In this document: piece by piece, positions 7,980-16,559 of the stretch
How the letters are laid out: each line of letters opens with the position of its first letter
How positions within the stretch are numbered: position 1 is the first letter of the stretch
Made by a program: the position numbers and the translations under genes
Notes under the pieces: generated by a model
The model's input: only the letters and a program-made list of their open reading frames with translations
Databases searched by the model: none
Told to the model about the DNA's origin: nothing
Virus record (IMG/VR): IMGVR_UViG_3300010998_001290
Length of the DNA: 20,090 nucleotides
Source: a virus
Lineage: Duplodnaviria > Heunggongvirae > Uroviricota > Caudoviricetes
Direction: 5' to 3' (one strand)

Positions 7980-8495
7980 TTGAATAAATTAATATATGAT
8001 GAAAAGGTTCAGGATCTCTTCAATCTGCCGGAAGATTTCTTTCTGGCGCACTGTATCAGTGCTGATTTCGCGCTCGGCAAAGGAATAGCGGTACAGTTCA
8101 ATAAGCACTTCGATATGAAGAACAAGCTTTTGGGACTGTATCCGGACGGCGTAACAGAAAAGTGGAAGCTTGATAACGCTAAGAACAACCTTGGCGTTTA
8201 TCGCTGTATCTTAGTTGACAGGGTGTTCAATCTTGTAACTAAGGAGCGGTATTATCATAAACCCACATACGATACACTCGGTTCTTCGCTGCTGGCGATG
8301 AGAAGGCTGTGTACAAGGAACGGCGTGACTAAGATAGGAATGCCCCTCATAGGCTGTGGACTTGATCGGCTTGCATGGAACAGGGTTTCAGATCTGATCA
8401 TAGACGCATTCCTGAATTCTTGTGTAGAACATATCGTTGTATGCAAGATGGAAGGCGAAGAGGTTCACGAAATATTTGAAAGGACGGATACATAA
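7980..8495 (+). CDS. Macrodomain ADP-ribose hydrolase, TARG1/OARD1/DarG (Poa1p-like) class
   Basis: LAHCISADFALGKGIA, FNLVTK...KPTY, MPLIGCGLDRLAW motifs. TTG start behind AAAGGGTG. Confidence 0.85.
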   Translation: MNKLIYDEKVQDLFNLPEDFFLAHCISADFALGKGIAVQFNKHFDMKNKLLGLYPDGVTEKWKLDNAKNNLGVYRCILVDRVFNLVTKERYYHKPTYDTLGSSLLAMRRLCTRNGVTKIGMPLIGCGLDRLAWNRVSDLIIDAFLNSCVEHIVVCKMEGEEVHEIFERTDT

Positions 8496-8575
8496 TGAGT
8501 AACGAAACATTGGTAAAAGAAATATTTGAATTCATCAAGAATACAGGAAGTGTTTTATTTATTGAGTATAAATAA
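8495..8575 (+). CDS. Putative 26-aa small protein (MSNETLVKEIFEFIKNTGSVLFIEYK)
   Basis: TAATG stop/start overlap with the macrodomain gene and AAAGGA upstream; it fills the gap before the 8591 gene. Absent from the ORF track because of its size. Confidence 0.4.
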   Translation: MSNETLVKEIFEFIKNTGSVLFIEYK

Positions 8576-8590
8576 GGAAGGAAAAATATA

Positions 8591-9232
8591 ATGTCGAACA
8601 AATATGACCTCACATTTTATGATAACTGGGTATCGGAAGGCAAAGAACAGAGCTTTATTACAATTTTTGACCGAATAGTAGGCACGAAAGTACGTTTCAG
8701 AGATAACGCCGACCGAAAGAAAAACTATATGTTCCATTCTCCTGTAAAAGCCGCTTTATATTCTAACGGTATGTTAAGGTGGGAAGTATCAACATCACTT
8801 CAAGGAAGTCCTGTACGGCTGTCTCTTCTTTTCAACAAAGAAGAGTTGAAAACATACGACCGCTTCCTGACACTTAAAGTCATTTGTGGTGAAGAAAACA
8901 GAGTATGTGCATACATTATGTTTAAGATAAAGCCTTGTGAGGTAAAACCCTTGAAAAAGGGCGGCATTACCGAAGGTAGTGAGATTGTCGGATATGATAT
9001 ATCGTATCAGAACGGATGCGATAGCGCTGTGCTTCATTCCATTCTGTCGCTTGATGAAAAATCCTACGCCACATGGCTCGAAAAATCAATAAAAGAAGAA
9101 TATCAAGCCGTTGTCACCGACGCTTTAAAGGATAAAGAGCTGTCTGACCCGTTTGCGGTAATACGTTACCTGACAGATAAAGCCGAAGATGACATAAAGA
9201 GGGCGAAGAAGCTTACAAATCAAATGCTTTGA
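8591..9232 (+). CDS. Hypothetical protein
   Basis: 213-aa ORF with AAGGAAGGA RBS; no recognised motif. Confidence 0.75.
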   Translation: MSNKYDLTFYDNWVSEGKEQSFITIFDRIVGTKVRFRDNADRKKNYMFHSPVKAALYSNGMLRWEVSTSLQGSPVRLSLLFNKEELKTYDRFLTLKVICGEENRVCAYIMFKIKPCEVKPLKKGGITEGSEIVGYDISYQNGCDSAVLHSILSLDEKSYATWLEKSIKEEYQAVVTDALKDKELSDPFAVIRYLTDKAEDDIKRAKKLTNQML

Positions 9233-9255
9233 GAGAAAAAGAAGGTGAACAATCT

Positions 9256-10446
9256 ATGTTTGAGATAAAAGGAAAGTACGCAAGTGCGACGGTATATACT
9301 GATTTGATAGAAGAAGAGGCTGTAGGGCAGATACTCAATCTTTGTAATCAGCCTGTAGCTGAGGGGTCTTCTATAAAGATTATGCCCGACGTTCATGCAG
9401 GCAAGGGCTGTACTATCGGCACTACTATGACTATAAAGGATAAGGTCGTTCCGAATCTTGTGGGCGTAGACATCGGATGCGGGATGTTGGTAGCGTGTCT
9501 TGGCAAAGTCCCGTTCAATTTTTCCTCGCTTGATAAAATCATTCGTCAGGAAATTCCCTCTGGCTTTGATATACGGGAAGAGGAACACTTTTATATGGAT
9601 GAAATCGATCTCACCAAACTCTGCTGCTATGAACATATAAATGCAGAGAGAGCGGCACTTTCTCTTGGAACTCTGGGCGGGGGCAATCATTTTATAGAGG
9701 TTGACCGTGCGGACAACGGCGATATGTACCTTGTTATCCATTCTGGGTCTCGCCATTTGGGAGTTGAGGTAGCGTCCTATTATCAGGAAGAAGCGTACCG
9801 CAGACTGTCAAGAAAGTTCAATAAGGAAGCCCAGACCGAACTTATAGCTCGGCTGAAAGCAGAGGGAAGAGTACAGGACATTCAAAGCGAACTGAAGAAG
9901 TTGACCGCATATAGTGTTCCAAAGGAATTTGCTTATTGCGAGGGAGAGCTGTTCGACCAGTATATACATGATATGCGTATTGTTCAGAAGTATGCGGCAT
10001 TAAATCGAAAGGCTATGCTTTCGGAGATATGTAAGCATACATGGAAGAGCAACTACACGTTTACTACCATTCATAACTATATCGACACCGAGAACATGAT
10101 ACTTCGCAAAGGCGCTGTATCGGCTCAGGCAGGAGAAAAGCTTATCATCCCTATCAATATGCGGGACGGCTCTCTTATCTGTACGGGCAAGGGAAATCCT
10201 GACTGGAACTGTTCAGCACCTCACGGGGCAGGACGGTTGATGTCTCGGTCCAAAGCAAAACAGGAAATTACGCTTGAAGAGTTTGAGAACTCTATGCAGG
10301 GCATATACACAACATCGGTGAACTCATCTACTCTTGATGAGTCTCCTATGGCATACAAGTCAATCGAAGATATTCTCGGTAATATAGGAGATACGGTAGA
10401 GGTAAACGAAATCATAAAACCTGTATACAACTTCAAGGCATCATAA
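9256..10446 (+). CDS. rtcB: RtcB RNA ligase (2',3'-cyclic phosphate/3'-P to 5'-OH)
   Basis: MPDVHAGKGCTIG, VGVDIGCGM, LGTLGGGNHFIE, IHSGSR, HNY, RKGA, SAPHGAGR..SR and DESPMAYK motifs. Start ATG 9256 behind GAAGGTG. Confidence 0.95.
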   Translation: MFEIKGKYASATVYTDLIEEEAVGQILNLCNQPVAEGSSIKIMPDVHAGKGCTIGTTMTIKDKVVPNLVGVDIGCGMLVACLGKVPFNFSSLDKIIRQEIPSGFDIREEEHFYMDEIDLTKLCCYEHINAERAALSLGTLGGGNHFIEVDRADNGDMYLVIHSGSRHLGVEVASYYQEEAYRRLSRKFNKEAQTELIARLKAEGRVQDIQSELKKLTAYSVPKEFAYCEGELFDQYIHDMRIVQKYAALNRKAMLSEICKHTWKSNYTFTTIHNYIDTENMILRKGAVSAQAGEKLIIPINMRDGSLICTGKGNPDWNCSAPHGAGRLMSRSKAKQEITLEEFENSMQGIYTTSVNSSTLDESPMAYKSIEDILGNIGDTVEVNEIIKPVYNFKAS

Positions 10447-10462
10447 TTCACCATATAACAGG

Positions 10463-10490
10463 AAGGACGGGCAACCGTCCTTTTTGTTTT
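10463..10490 (+). terminator. Intrinsic terminator (element copy B)
   Basis: AAGGACGG-GCAA-CCGTCCTT plus T tract. Confidence 0.9.
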
Positions 10491-10540
10491 GTCCTTCCAT
10501 ATACCATACTAATATTAGCATTATTATATGACGACTGGAG
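10484..10540 (+). promoter_or_regulatory. Repeated promoter/operator/leader element, copy B
   Basis: TTGTTT 10484-10489, 17 nt, TACTAA 10507-10512, GACGACTGGAG 10530-10540. Confidence 0.65.
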
Positions 10541-10569
10541 TGTATGTTGTCAGGAAAGGAAGTATAAGA

Positions 10570-11451
10570 ATGATTATAGAAGGTGGAACTGTAAAGCTTA
10601 TAACCGACGAAGATATCGTAGATGGTAAGATAGTAATTCCCGCTGGGGTCAAGAAGATGGATGGTGGAATACTAATTAGTGATTTTTCAAAGTGCAAAAG
10701 CGTAGAATTGATCAATCTTAATGAAGTTGAGGAGGTTGGCGCGAACACGACACGATTCGGGGAAGGGCATTTTCAAAATTTGAAAGAAGTCTATGCTCCG
10801 GAACTTAGAATAGTTAGGGACCATTTGTTTGCTTTATCTGAAAATCTCCAAAAGATAATAGCACCTAACGTAGAGACAGTTGAAGAATATGGGTTTGCAT
10901 ATTCTTCAAAATTAATAGAAGTTAATTTTCCGAAACTCACACAGGTAGAAGTGTCTGCATTCGGTGGATCTCACCTTGAGAGAATTACGTTATCTCCGAA
11001 TATAAAATATATAGGAAAAGGTGCCTTTGAAAAAACTGATATCGAAGAATTTGATGGATATGATGCCCAAATATGCGATGATGCGTTTTACGGTGGCAGA
11101 TTAAGACGTCTTACCGTAAACAGCTTAAAGAACATGTCAAAATGCTCGTTACGGGCGGCTACGGAGTTCGAAAGGCTTGAGGTTTTCAATAGCGATTCGA
11201 ACGACACAGAGCTTGAAACATATCCTGCTGTTCGTAAAGGTTATAAATATGTTGTTTCTTATTCGGAAGAGAATGAGAAACAAGTTATCAGTTGGATCTA
11301 TAATGCGCATGAAGTTGTTCAGGTGATTAAAGTAAATGAACACTATAAGATATATTCGCTTAAGAATGGCAAATACATAGTTGAATCTTTTTTTATTTCC
11401 GATGGATATGCATTTATAAATAGCCCCTCGGAGATAAATAAGTTCATATAA
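10570..11451 (+). CDS. BspA/LRR_5-type LRR protein, paralog 4
   Basis: IKYIGKGAFEKTDI-type repeats; N-cap MIIEGGTVKLITDEDIVDGKIVIP; C-terminal IYSLKNGKY. Start ATG 10570 behind AAAGGA. Confidence 0.9.
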   Translation: MIIEGGTVKLITDEDIVDGKIVIPAGVKKMDGGILISDFSKCKSVELINLNEVEEVGANTTRFGEGHFQNLKEVYAPELRIVRDHLFALSENLQKIIAPNVETVEEYGFAYSSKLIEVNFPKLTQVEVSAFGGSHLERITLSPNIKYIGKGAFEKTDIEEFDGYDAQICDDAFYGGRLRRLTVNSLKNMSKCSLRAATEFERLEVFNSDSNDTELETYPAVRKGYKYVVSYSEENEKQVISWIYNAHEVVQVIKVNEHYKIYSLKNGKYIVESFFISDGYAFINSPSEINKFI

Positions 11452-11476
11452 TGTACAGAAAGAGTAGGGTGCAAAT

Positions 11477-12403
11477 ATGAAGATAGATAAATCCGGAATA
11501 GTAAGAGAAATCTATGAAAGTGACATTTCCGAAGGAGTGCTTAGATTCCCTGATAGAGCAAATGCTATTATAGCTGATATGACCAGTATATCAGATGACG
11601 TTAGGAAAAGTGTCACCGATGTTGATTTTAATCAAGTCAAAGGCATTACGGCATTTATGTATAAAAACAATGGGATAGATACACCAGTAACTAAACTTTA
11701 CAATCTTTTTCCTAATATTAAGGAAATCACAGCTCCTAAGCTCAAGAAATATCGTGATGGTTTTTTCGAAAAATGTCAGTATCTTGAAAAGGCGTCCTTA
11801 TCAGAAGTAGAGGAAGTGCGGAAGGACTCTTTTTATGGATGTATAAATCTTAAAGAGGTCAATATACCTAAGGCGACAAAGATACTTAGCGGAAGCTTTC
11901 AGAACTGTTATTCTTTAAGCCTGCTGCCTGATATGTCTCACTTCGAAAGGATAGACGGCGGAGCATTTTCAGGGGCAGGACTGACCGAAATCGAGTTGAA
12001 GGAATGCTATGTGGATGCGGGGGCTTTTTCAGGATGCTCGAAGTTAGCTCTTGTAAGCTGTAACGATTTTAAAAATATTGATCTTGCAGCGTTCTGGGAT
12101 TGTTTAAATCTAAAGCTTTTTAAAGTCAAGGGTATCAATGGACCTCAGTCTTTTATACGAGATGGGCATACATATGCGATTGATGTAGAGGACGGAGACC
12201 TTATTAACATGGTTTGTGTACGAAACGCAGCAAAGGATTTAGCTTTTTATGCGCTCCCGTATTCCCAGATCATCGAAAGAACGTATTATTATAAGATATA
12301 TGTATTGACTGACGGAAGCTATGCAGTTGCATTGGGTCCGTCCCATTGCGAATATGCAAAGGACTTGGATACAATCAATCAGATAATTGAAGCAGGTTAT
12401 TAA
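11477..12403 (+). CDS. BspA/LRR_5-type LRR protein, paralog 5
   Basis: FYGCINLKEVNIPKATKILSGSFQNCYSL repeats; C-terminal IYVLTDGSY. Confidence 0.9.
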   Translation: MKIDKSGIVREIYESDISEGVLRFPDRANAIIADMTSISDDVRKSVTDVDFNQVKGITAFMYKNNGIDTPVTKLYNLFPNIKEITAPKLKKYRDGFFEKCQYLEKASLSEVEEVRKDSFYGCINLKEVNIPKATKILSGSFQNCYSLSLLPDMSHFERIDGGAFSGAGLTEIELKECYVDAGAFSGCSKLALVSCNDFKNIDLAAFWDCLNLKLFKVKGINGPQSFIRDGHTYAIDVEDGDLINMVCVRNAAKDLAFYALPYSQIIERTYYYKIYVLTDGSYAVALGPSHCEYAKDLDTINQIIEAGY

Positions 12404-12500
12404 GGTTACTTCTTACTTGACAATTCAAGCGGGACACGTTTATCCCTGTATGTACAAAAAGGATATGTATGAACAGGTTGATTCGTATACCGCTAAAAAG

Positions 12501-12535
12501 AAACAAAGGAAGCTGTAAAAGGCTTCTTTTGTTTT
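12501..12535 (+). terminator. Intrinsic terminator (element copy C)
   Basis: AAACAAAGGAAGC / GCTTCTTTTGTTT 13-bp inverted repeat. Confidence 0.8.
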
Positions 12536-12585
12536 TATGCGCAGGATGACATACTATTATTAGTATTTTGTTTTGAAGAATGGAG
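12529..12585 (+). promoter_or_regulatory. Repeated promoter/operator/leader element, copy C
   Basis: TTGTTT 12529-12534, 17 nt, TACTAT 12552-12557, perfect ATACTA-TTAT-TAGTAT, GAAGAATGGAG 12575-12585. Confidence 0.65.
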
Positions 12586-12620
12586 GCATATGATTATGCT
12601 GTATGAAAGGACTGGTATTT

Positions 12621-13559
12621 ATGGTTATTAACAATGAAGGTTTAGTTGTAGCGATTGAAGATAAGGATATTGATAAATCTGGGGTACTTTTCTTTCCAGA
12701 AGAAGCGAAAGAGATACATGCGAATAAGTTGACAAATCGTATCTCGAAAAAGGCAAAATCTAAAATTCAGTCAATCGACTTCAATAAGATCATTTTCATT
12801 AATGGAAGTCTTGCAGAGATCATTGGGGCAGCAGAGGCTGCAACGGTAAAGTATATAAATGCTCCGAATTTGGAAATTGTTTCCCTGCATTTATTTGACA
12901 ATTGTAATGAATTGAAAAAAGCTTCGCTTGATACTGCAAAGAGAATAGAAGCGGAATCTTTTTGGAATTGTCAAAATTTGCAGACGATAAACTGCCCTAA
13001 TATTACATTTATAGGGGATAATGCTTTTGCACGGTGTTTCAAACTGAGTTCTTTTGAATTTCCTAAGACACTAAAGAGTATAGGAAAGTATTCTTTCCTT
13101 ATGTCAGGAATAAAAAGTGTTACTATTCCCGAAGGGGCGGTACTGGGAGCATCTTTTGTAGATTGCAAACAGCTTGAAGTTGTGCGTATACATGATTTAA
13201 GCTCAATAAGGAGTACACCACTAACAGAGCCTTTTAAGGGATGCGAAAAGCTTGAGCAAGTGATAGTTGATGAACTTAATACCGATGATTGCTTTCTGCT
13301 GACAAGTGCTATGCACGGATACACTTTGCAGTGTAAGCTCGAAAATGAAACAAAGAGAATATTCTGTTTTTCTGATGAAAACATACTGGACGATGATGTC
13401 GTTGAGGTCACACAGATTATCGGTGATGCAGAGAATGATAAATACACAATCTGTTTGTTATTAGACGGTACATATCGCGTATGCACTAAAAACGAACTCA
13501 GCAGCCCGCTTAAGAACATTGAAGAAATTCAGGAATGGGTTGATGCTTTTTTGAATTGA
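12621..13559 (+). CDS. BspA/LRR_5-type LRR protein, paralog 6
   Basis: IGDNAFARCFKLSSFEFPKTLKSIGKYSF (canonical LRR_5); C-terminal LLLDGTY. Start probably ATG 12621 (ORF track start 12603). Confidence 0.9.
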   Translation: MVINNEGLVVAIEDKDIDKSGVLFFPEEAKEIHANKLTNRISKKAKSKIQSIDFNKIIFINGSLAEIIGAAEAATVKYINAPNLEIVSLHLFDNCNELKKASLDTAKRIEAESFWNCQNLQTINCPNITFIGDNAFARCFKLSSFEFPKTLKSIGKYSFLMSGIKSVTIPEGAVLGASFVDCKQLEVVRIHDLSSIRSTPLTEPFKGCEKLEQVIVDELNTDDCFLLTSAMHGYTLQCKLENETKRIFCFSDENILDDDVVEVTQIIGDAENDKYTICLLLDGTYRVCTKNELSSPLKNIEEIQEWVDAFLN

Positions 13560-13572
13560 AAGTGAGAATATT

Positions 13573-14529
13573 ATGCGAATTAGAATTAACGAAGAGGATA
13601 GGAGTATTATAGTTTTTGAAGCGACAGATATAAAAGATGGGGTTTTTACATTTTCTGATAACGTAGATGAATTTGATCTTGAAGGGTTCGAGTTTACAGA
13701 GGAATTCAGCAAACGTACGTCTGAAGTCAGGATTATTGACTTTTACAATGTTGAAGATGTACTCTGTTATTCAATTATGGGTGGCACATCGATGAATGAA
13801 TTTTGGGATGTTTTTCCGAATCTTGAAGAAGTGCGGGCACCAATGTTGACATATATCGGCGATGGCTTTTTGAAGGATTGCAAAACACTTAAAACAGCGT
13901 ACTTTGATTCCGCAAAAGAAATAGGCTGCGAAAGTTTCAGTGACTGTATTGCTCTTAGAAGGGTATATTGTCCAAAAGTCGAGATAATTGGCAACGAGGC
14001 ATTTTATGAATGCGGCAGTATGCACAGTATATATCTTCCTGACACGCTTAAGGAGATAAGGACAAACGCGTTTATGTGTTCAGGGCTCTATACGATAGAT
14101 ATTCCGAAGAGCGTAAAGCTTTACGACGAGGCTTTCTGTGATTGTGAGCAGTTGAAACATATACGCATGCATGATGTTCGGCAGTTTAACAAAGGAGAAG
14201 CCACAAAAGCGTTCTCGGCTTGTGTAAACCTTAAAACCCTTGAGCTTAATGTGGTCAACAAGAAGGATAGATATCCTTCGGTGGGCAGAGGCTGTATATA
14301 TACTGTAACACACAAAGAAGAGTGTAAAAAGATACTGTGCTTAAATGAAGATGATGCTTATGAGTATGCGCAGATCATATCAGGTATTTCTGAAATAGAT
14401 GGGGGTGCTCTGTATGTTTTGGCAGATGGCGGCTATATTATCAACATTAATGATGGAGAGATTATGACCGGGCATCTTGACAACATAAACGAAGCAAACG
14501 AGTGGATATCAGCCAATATATCGGCATAA
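13573..14529 (+). CDS. BspA/LRR_5-type LRR protein, paralog 7
   Basis: IGNEAFYECGSMHSIYLPDTLKEIRTNAF; C-terminal EYAQII...LYVLADGGY. Confidence 0.9.
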   Translation: MRIRINEEDRSIIVFEATDIKDGVFTFSDNVDEFDLEGFEFTEEFSKRTSEVRIIDFYNVEDVLCYSIMGGTSMNEFWDVFPNLEEVRAPMLTYIGDGFLKDCKTLKTAYFDSAKEIGCESFSDCIALRRVYCPKVEIIGNEAFYECGSMHSIYLPDTLKEIRTNAFMCSGLYTIDIPKSVKLYDEAFCDCEQLKHIRMHDVRQFNKGEATKAFSACVNLKTLELNVVNKKDRYPSVGRGCIYTVTHKEECKKILCLNEDDAYEYAQIISGISEIDGGALYVLADGGYIININDGEIMTGHLDNINEANEWISANISA

Positions 14530-14533
14530 CAAC

Positions 14534-14570
14534 AAAAAGAGGCGAGAAATTCGTCTCTTTTTTTTGTTTT
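14534..14570 (+). terminator. Intrinsic terminator (element copy D)
   Basis: AAAAAGAGGCGA-GAAAT-TCGTCTCTTTTT plus T tract. Confidence 0.9.
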
Positions 14571-14620
14571 GTAGTGGCAAATAACATACTATTTATAGTA
14601 TTATAATCAGACGAACGGAG
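14564..14620 (+). promoter_or_regulatory. Repeated promoter/operator/leader element, copy D
   Basis: TTGTTT 14564-14569, 17 nt, TACTAT 14587-14592, perfect ATACTA-TTTA-TAGTAT, GACGAACGGAG 14610-14620. Confidence 0.65.
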
Positions 14621-14656
14621 ACTTTTGGTTGTTGAAGTTCAGAAAGGAAGGTATGT

Positions 14657-15586
14657 ATGGAAGTAAAAGATGGGATTGTTACGAAAATAACAAACGAAGA
14701 TGTTGTTGACGGAAGTCTGGTGTTCCCGGATGACGCTATCGTCATAAAGAATACTGATGTTTCCGAGTTAGACAGCGAGAACATTACCAAGACGGTAAAC
14801 TTTAATAACATAGAAGAAATCGTTTCGTTTAGATTTGTTACAGATTATATAACCAAATCAGCGAGATGTGTGTGTGAACACGCGGAAATTGTCAGAATGC
14901 CCAAACTGCAAATGATAAAAAGAGAACAATTCAGCAATTGTGACATAAAAGAGGTTTATCTTGATACTACTGAGGTTATAGGAAATAAAGCTTTTTACTA
15001 TTGTACACGTCTTACCAAGGTGTTTATGGGTAATTCCCTTAAAACAATAGAAAATGGGGCGTTCATAGGAACGAAAGCGCTGAAGGCAGTTGATATACCG
15101 GAAAGTATAGTTTATATACGAGCTCAGGCGTTTTTTGAGAGTGGAATTAAATCCGTTTCAATTAAGGGTTCACCTGAAATTGATGCAACCGCTTTTAGGA
15201 ATTGTCCTAACCTTAAGCGAATAATGCTTCATTCCTACGACAGTAAGAGGATAAAAATCAGTGCGTTTTTGGAGTGTACGGAGTTGTCTGACATTGTTGT
15301 TTTTACAAAAATATCGGAAAAAACAAAGATGCCTTATATTGGGCACGGACAGATTTATACTGTACTTGAATGTTATAATGGCGTCAGAAATAAAACGATG
15401 TTTATTAATATCATTGATGATAAGACCCAGAAGAGAGATACGGTGAAGATAGTTCAAACACTTGATGTTAACGGCACAATGATATATGTTGTACAGAACA
15501 ACAATTATATCATCAAATCCGGAGACGACATCAAGGTTATGAACAAGGAAGAACTCTTTAGGTTAATGAGAAATGAGGGTATATAA
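14657..15586 (+). CDS. BspA/LRR_5-type LRR protein, paralog 8
   Basis: IGNKAFYYCTRLTKVFMGNSLKTIENGAF; N-cap MEVKDGIVTKITNEDVVDGSLVFP. Confidence 0.9.
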   Translation: MEVKDGIVTKITNEDVVDGSLVFPDDAIVIKNTDVSELDSENITKTVNFNNIEEIVSFRFVTDYITKSARCVCEHAEIVRMPKLQMIKREQFSNCDIKEVYLDTTEVIGNKAFYYCTRLTKVFMGNSLKTIENGAFIGTKALKAVDIPESIVYIRAQAFFESGIKSVSIKGSPEIDATAFRNCPNLKRIMLHSYDSKRIKISAFLECTELSDIVVFTKISEKTKMPYIGHGQIYTVLECYNGVRNKTMFINIIDDKTQKRDTVKIVQTLDVNGTMIYVVQNNNYIIKSGDDIKVMNKEELFRLMRNEGI

Positions 15587-16536
15587 TGATAATTACTGAA
15601 AGATATGGTACCGATGGCATTATGAGAAAGACGGCCACTGATATCGAAGAGAAAGATATTGTTGATAATGTATTGACTTTTCCTCCGGATGTCACTGCTG
15701 TACAGGACTTAAGAGGAAATTATCTCTTCCCGAAAGCTGGAGACGACGTATACAAGATCGACTTTTGTAATGTAGTTGATATAAGTGTTACGAATAAAAA
15801 CTACAATCACATGATATTCAGGCTTTTGCCAAACGCAGAAGTAATAAGCGCTCCTAAGCTCAAAAGAGCATCGGCAAGTGTTTTCGCAAGAAGTCAGGTA
15901 CGTCAGTTAAATCTTCCATCGGTAACGAAAGTTGATAATGAAGCCTTTTTTGAGTGCTATTATCTTGAGGAAGTTGATCTCCGTAATGCTAAAGAGATAG
16001 GAAGTTCTGCTTTTGACTCCTGCCGAAGCCTGCATTCTGTTATTTTCTCTGATTGTTTAGAGAAAATCGAATCTTATGCATTCTCGAAATGTAATAAGCT
16101 CGAAGAGATCAATATTTATGCTGCTATACCGGATGACGCGGCTTTCCACGATTGCTCTGCCCTAAAGGTAATCAAGACAAGCGAGATTGAAATACTTGGA
16201 AGAGGCTGGATAGACACCTGCATGGCACTTCAGCGTATAGAACAAAGTAATGAATTATATCTCCCAGAAATAAGGGTTTTCAAGTTCCCATTAGTAACAG
16301 GAGATAACAACGCACTATACGAATATGAAGTTGCAGCACCTAATGCTACTCTAAAAGTTGTATCCTGTCCGAAAGAGATGCTTGTGTATGAGTATGTGCA
16401 GAGGATAAACAGCGGAAATACGCTTATATATGTTCTCTATGGCGGAGATATGTTCGCAGTAAAATGTGATAACGAAGTCAAAATCTGCAATTTTGAAGAT
16501 ATGCAGGAACTTATAAGGTTTCACAGTCTATTTTGA
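15586..16536 (+). CDS. BspA/LRR_5-type LRR protein, paralog 9
   Basis: IGSSAFDSCRSLHSVIFSDCLEKIESYAFSKC; TAATG coupling to paralog 8. Confidence 0.9.
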   Translation: MIITERYGTDGIMRKTATDIEEKDIVDNVLTFPPDVTAVQDLRGNYLFPKAGDDVYKIDFCNVVDISVTNKNYNHMIFRLLPNAEVISAPKLKRASASVFARSQVRQLNLPSVTKVDNEAFFECYYLEEVDLRNAKEIGSSAFDSCRSLHSVIFSDCLEKIESYAFSKCNKLEEINIYAAIPDDAAFHDCSALKVIKTSEIEILGRGWIDTCMALQRIEQSNELYLPEIRVFKFPLVTGDNNALYEYEVAAPNATLKVVSCPKEMLVYEYVQRINSGNTLIYVLYGGDMFAVKCDNEVKICNFEDMQELIRFHSLF

Positions 16537-16559
16537 AACGTGGAAGAAAGAGGTATATA

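Noticed and set aside
10528-10569. Longer N-termini from the ORF track (also 1122, 2076, 3150, 4377, 9229, 12603, 16533, 18491)
   Set aside because: Downstream ATGs have properly spaced SD sequences and, for the LRR genes, align with the family N-cap.
12450-12518. 22-aa ORF MYKKDMYEQVDSYTAKKKQRKL
   Set aside because: No Shine-Dalgarno upstream, and it ends inside the terminator loop.
12971-13519. 182-aa minus-strand ORF, and the other minus-strand ORFs such as 4335-4754, 4754-5239, 6618-7127 and 9220-9756
   Set aside because: All largely overlap well-supported + strand genes, show low-complexity antisense composition and no recognisable motifs.
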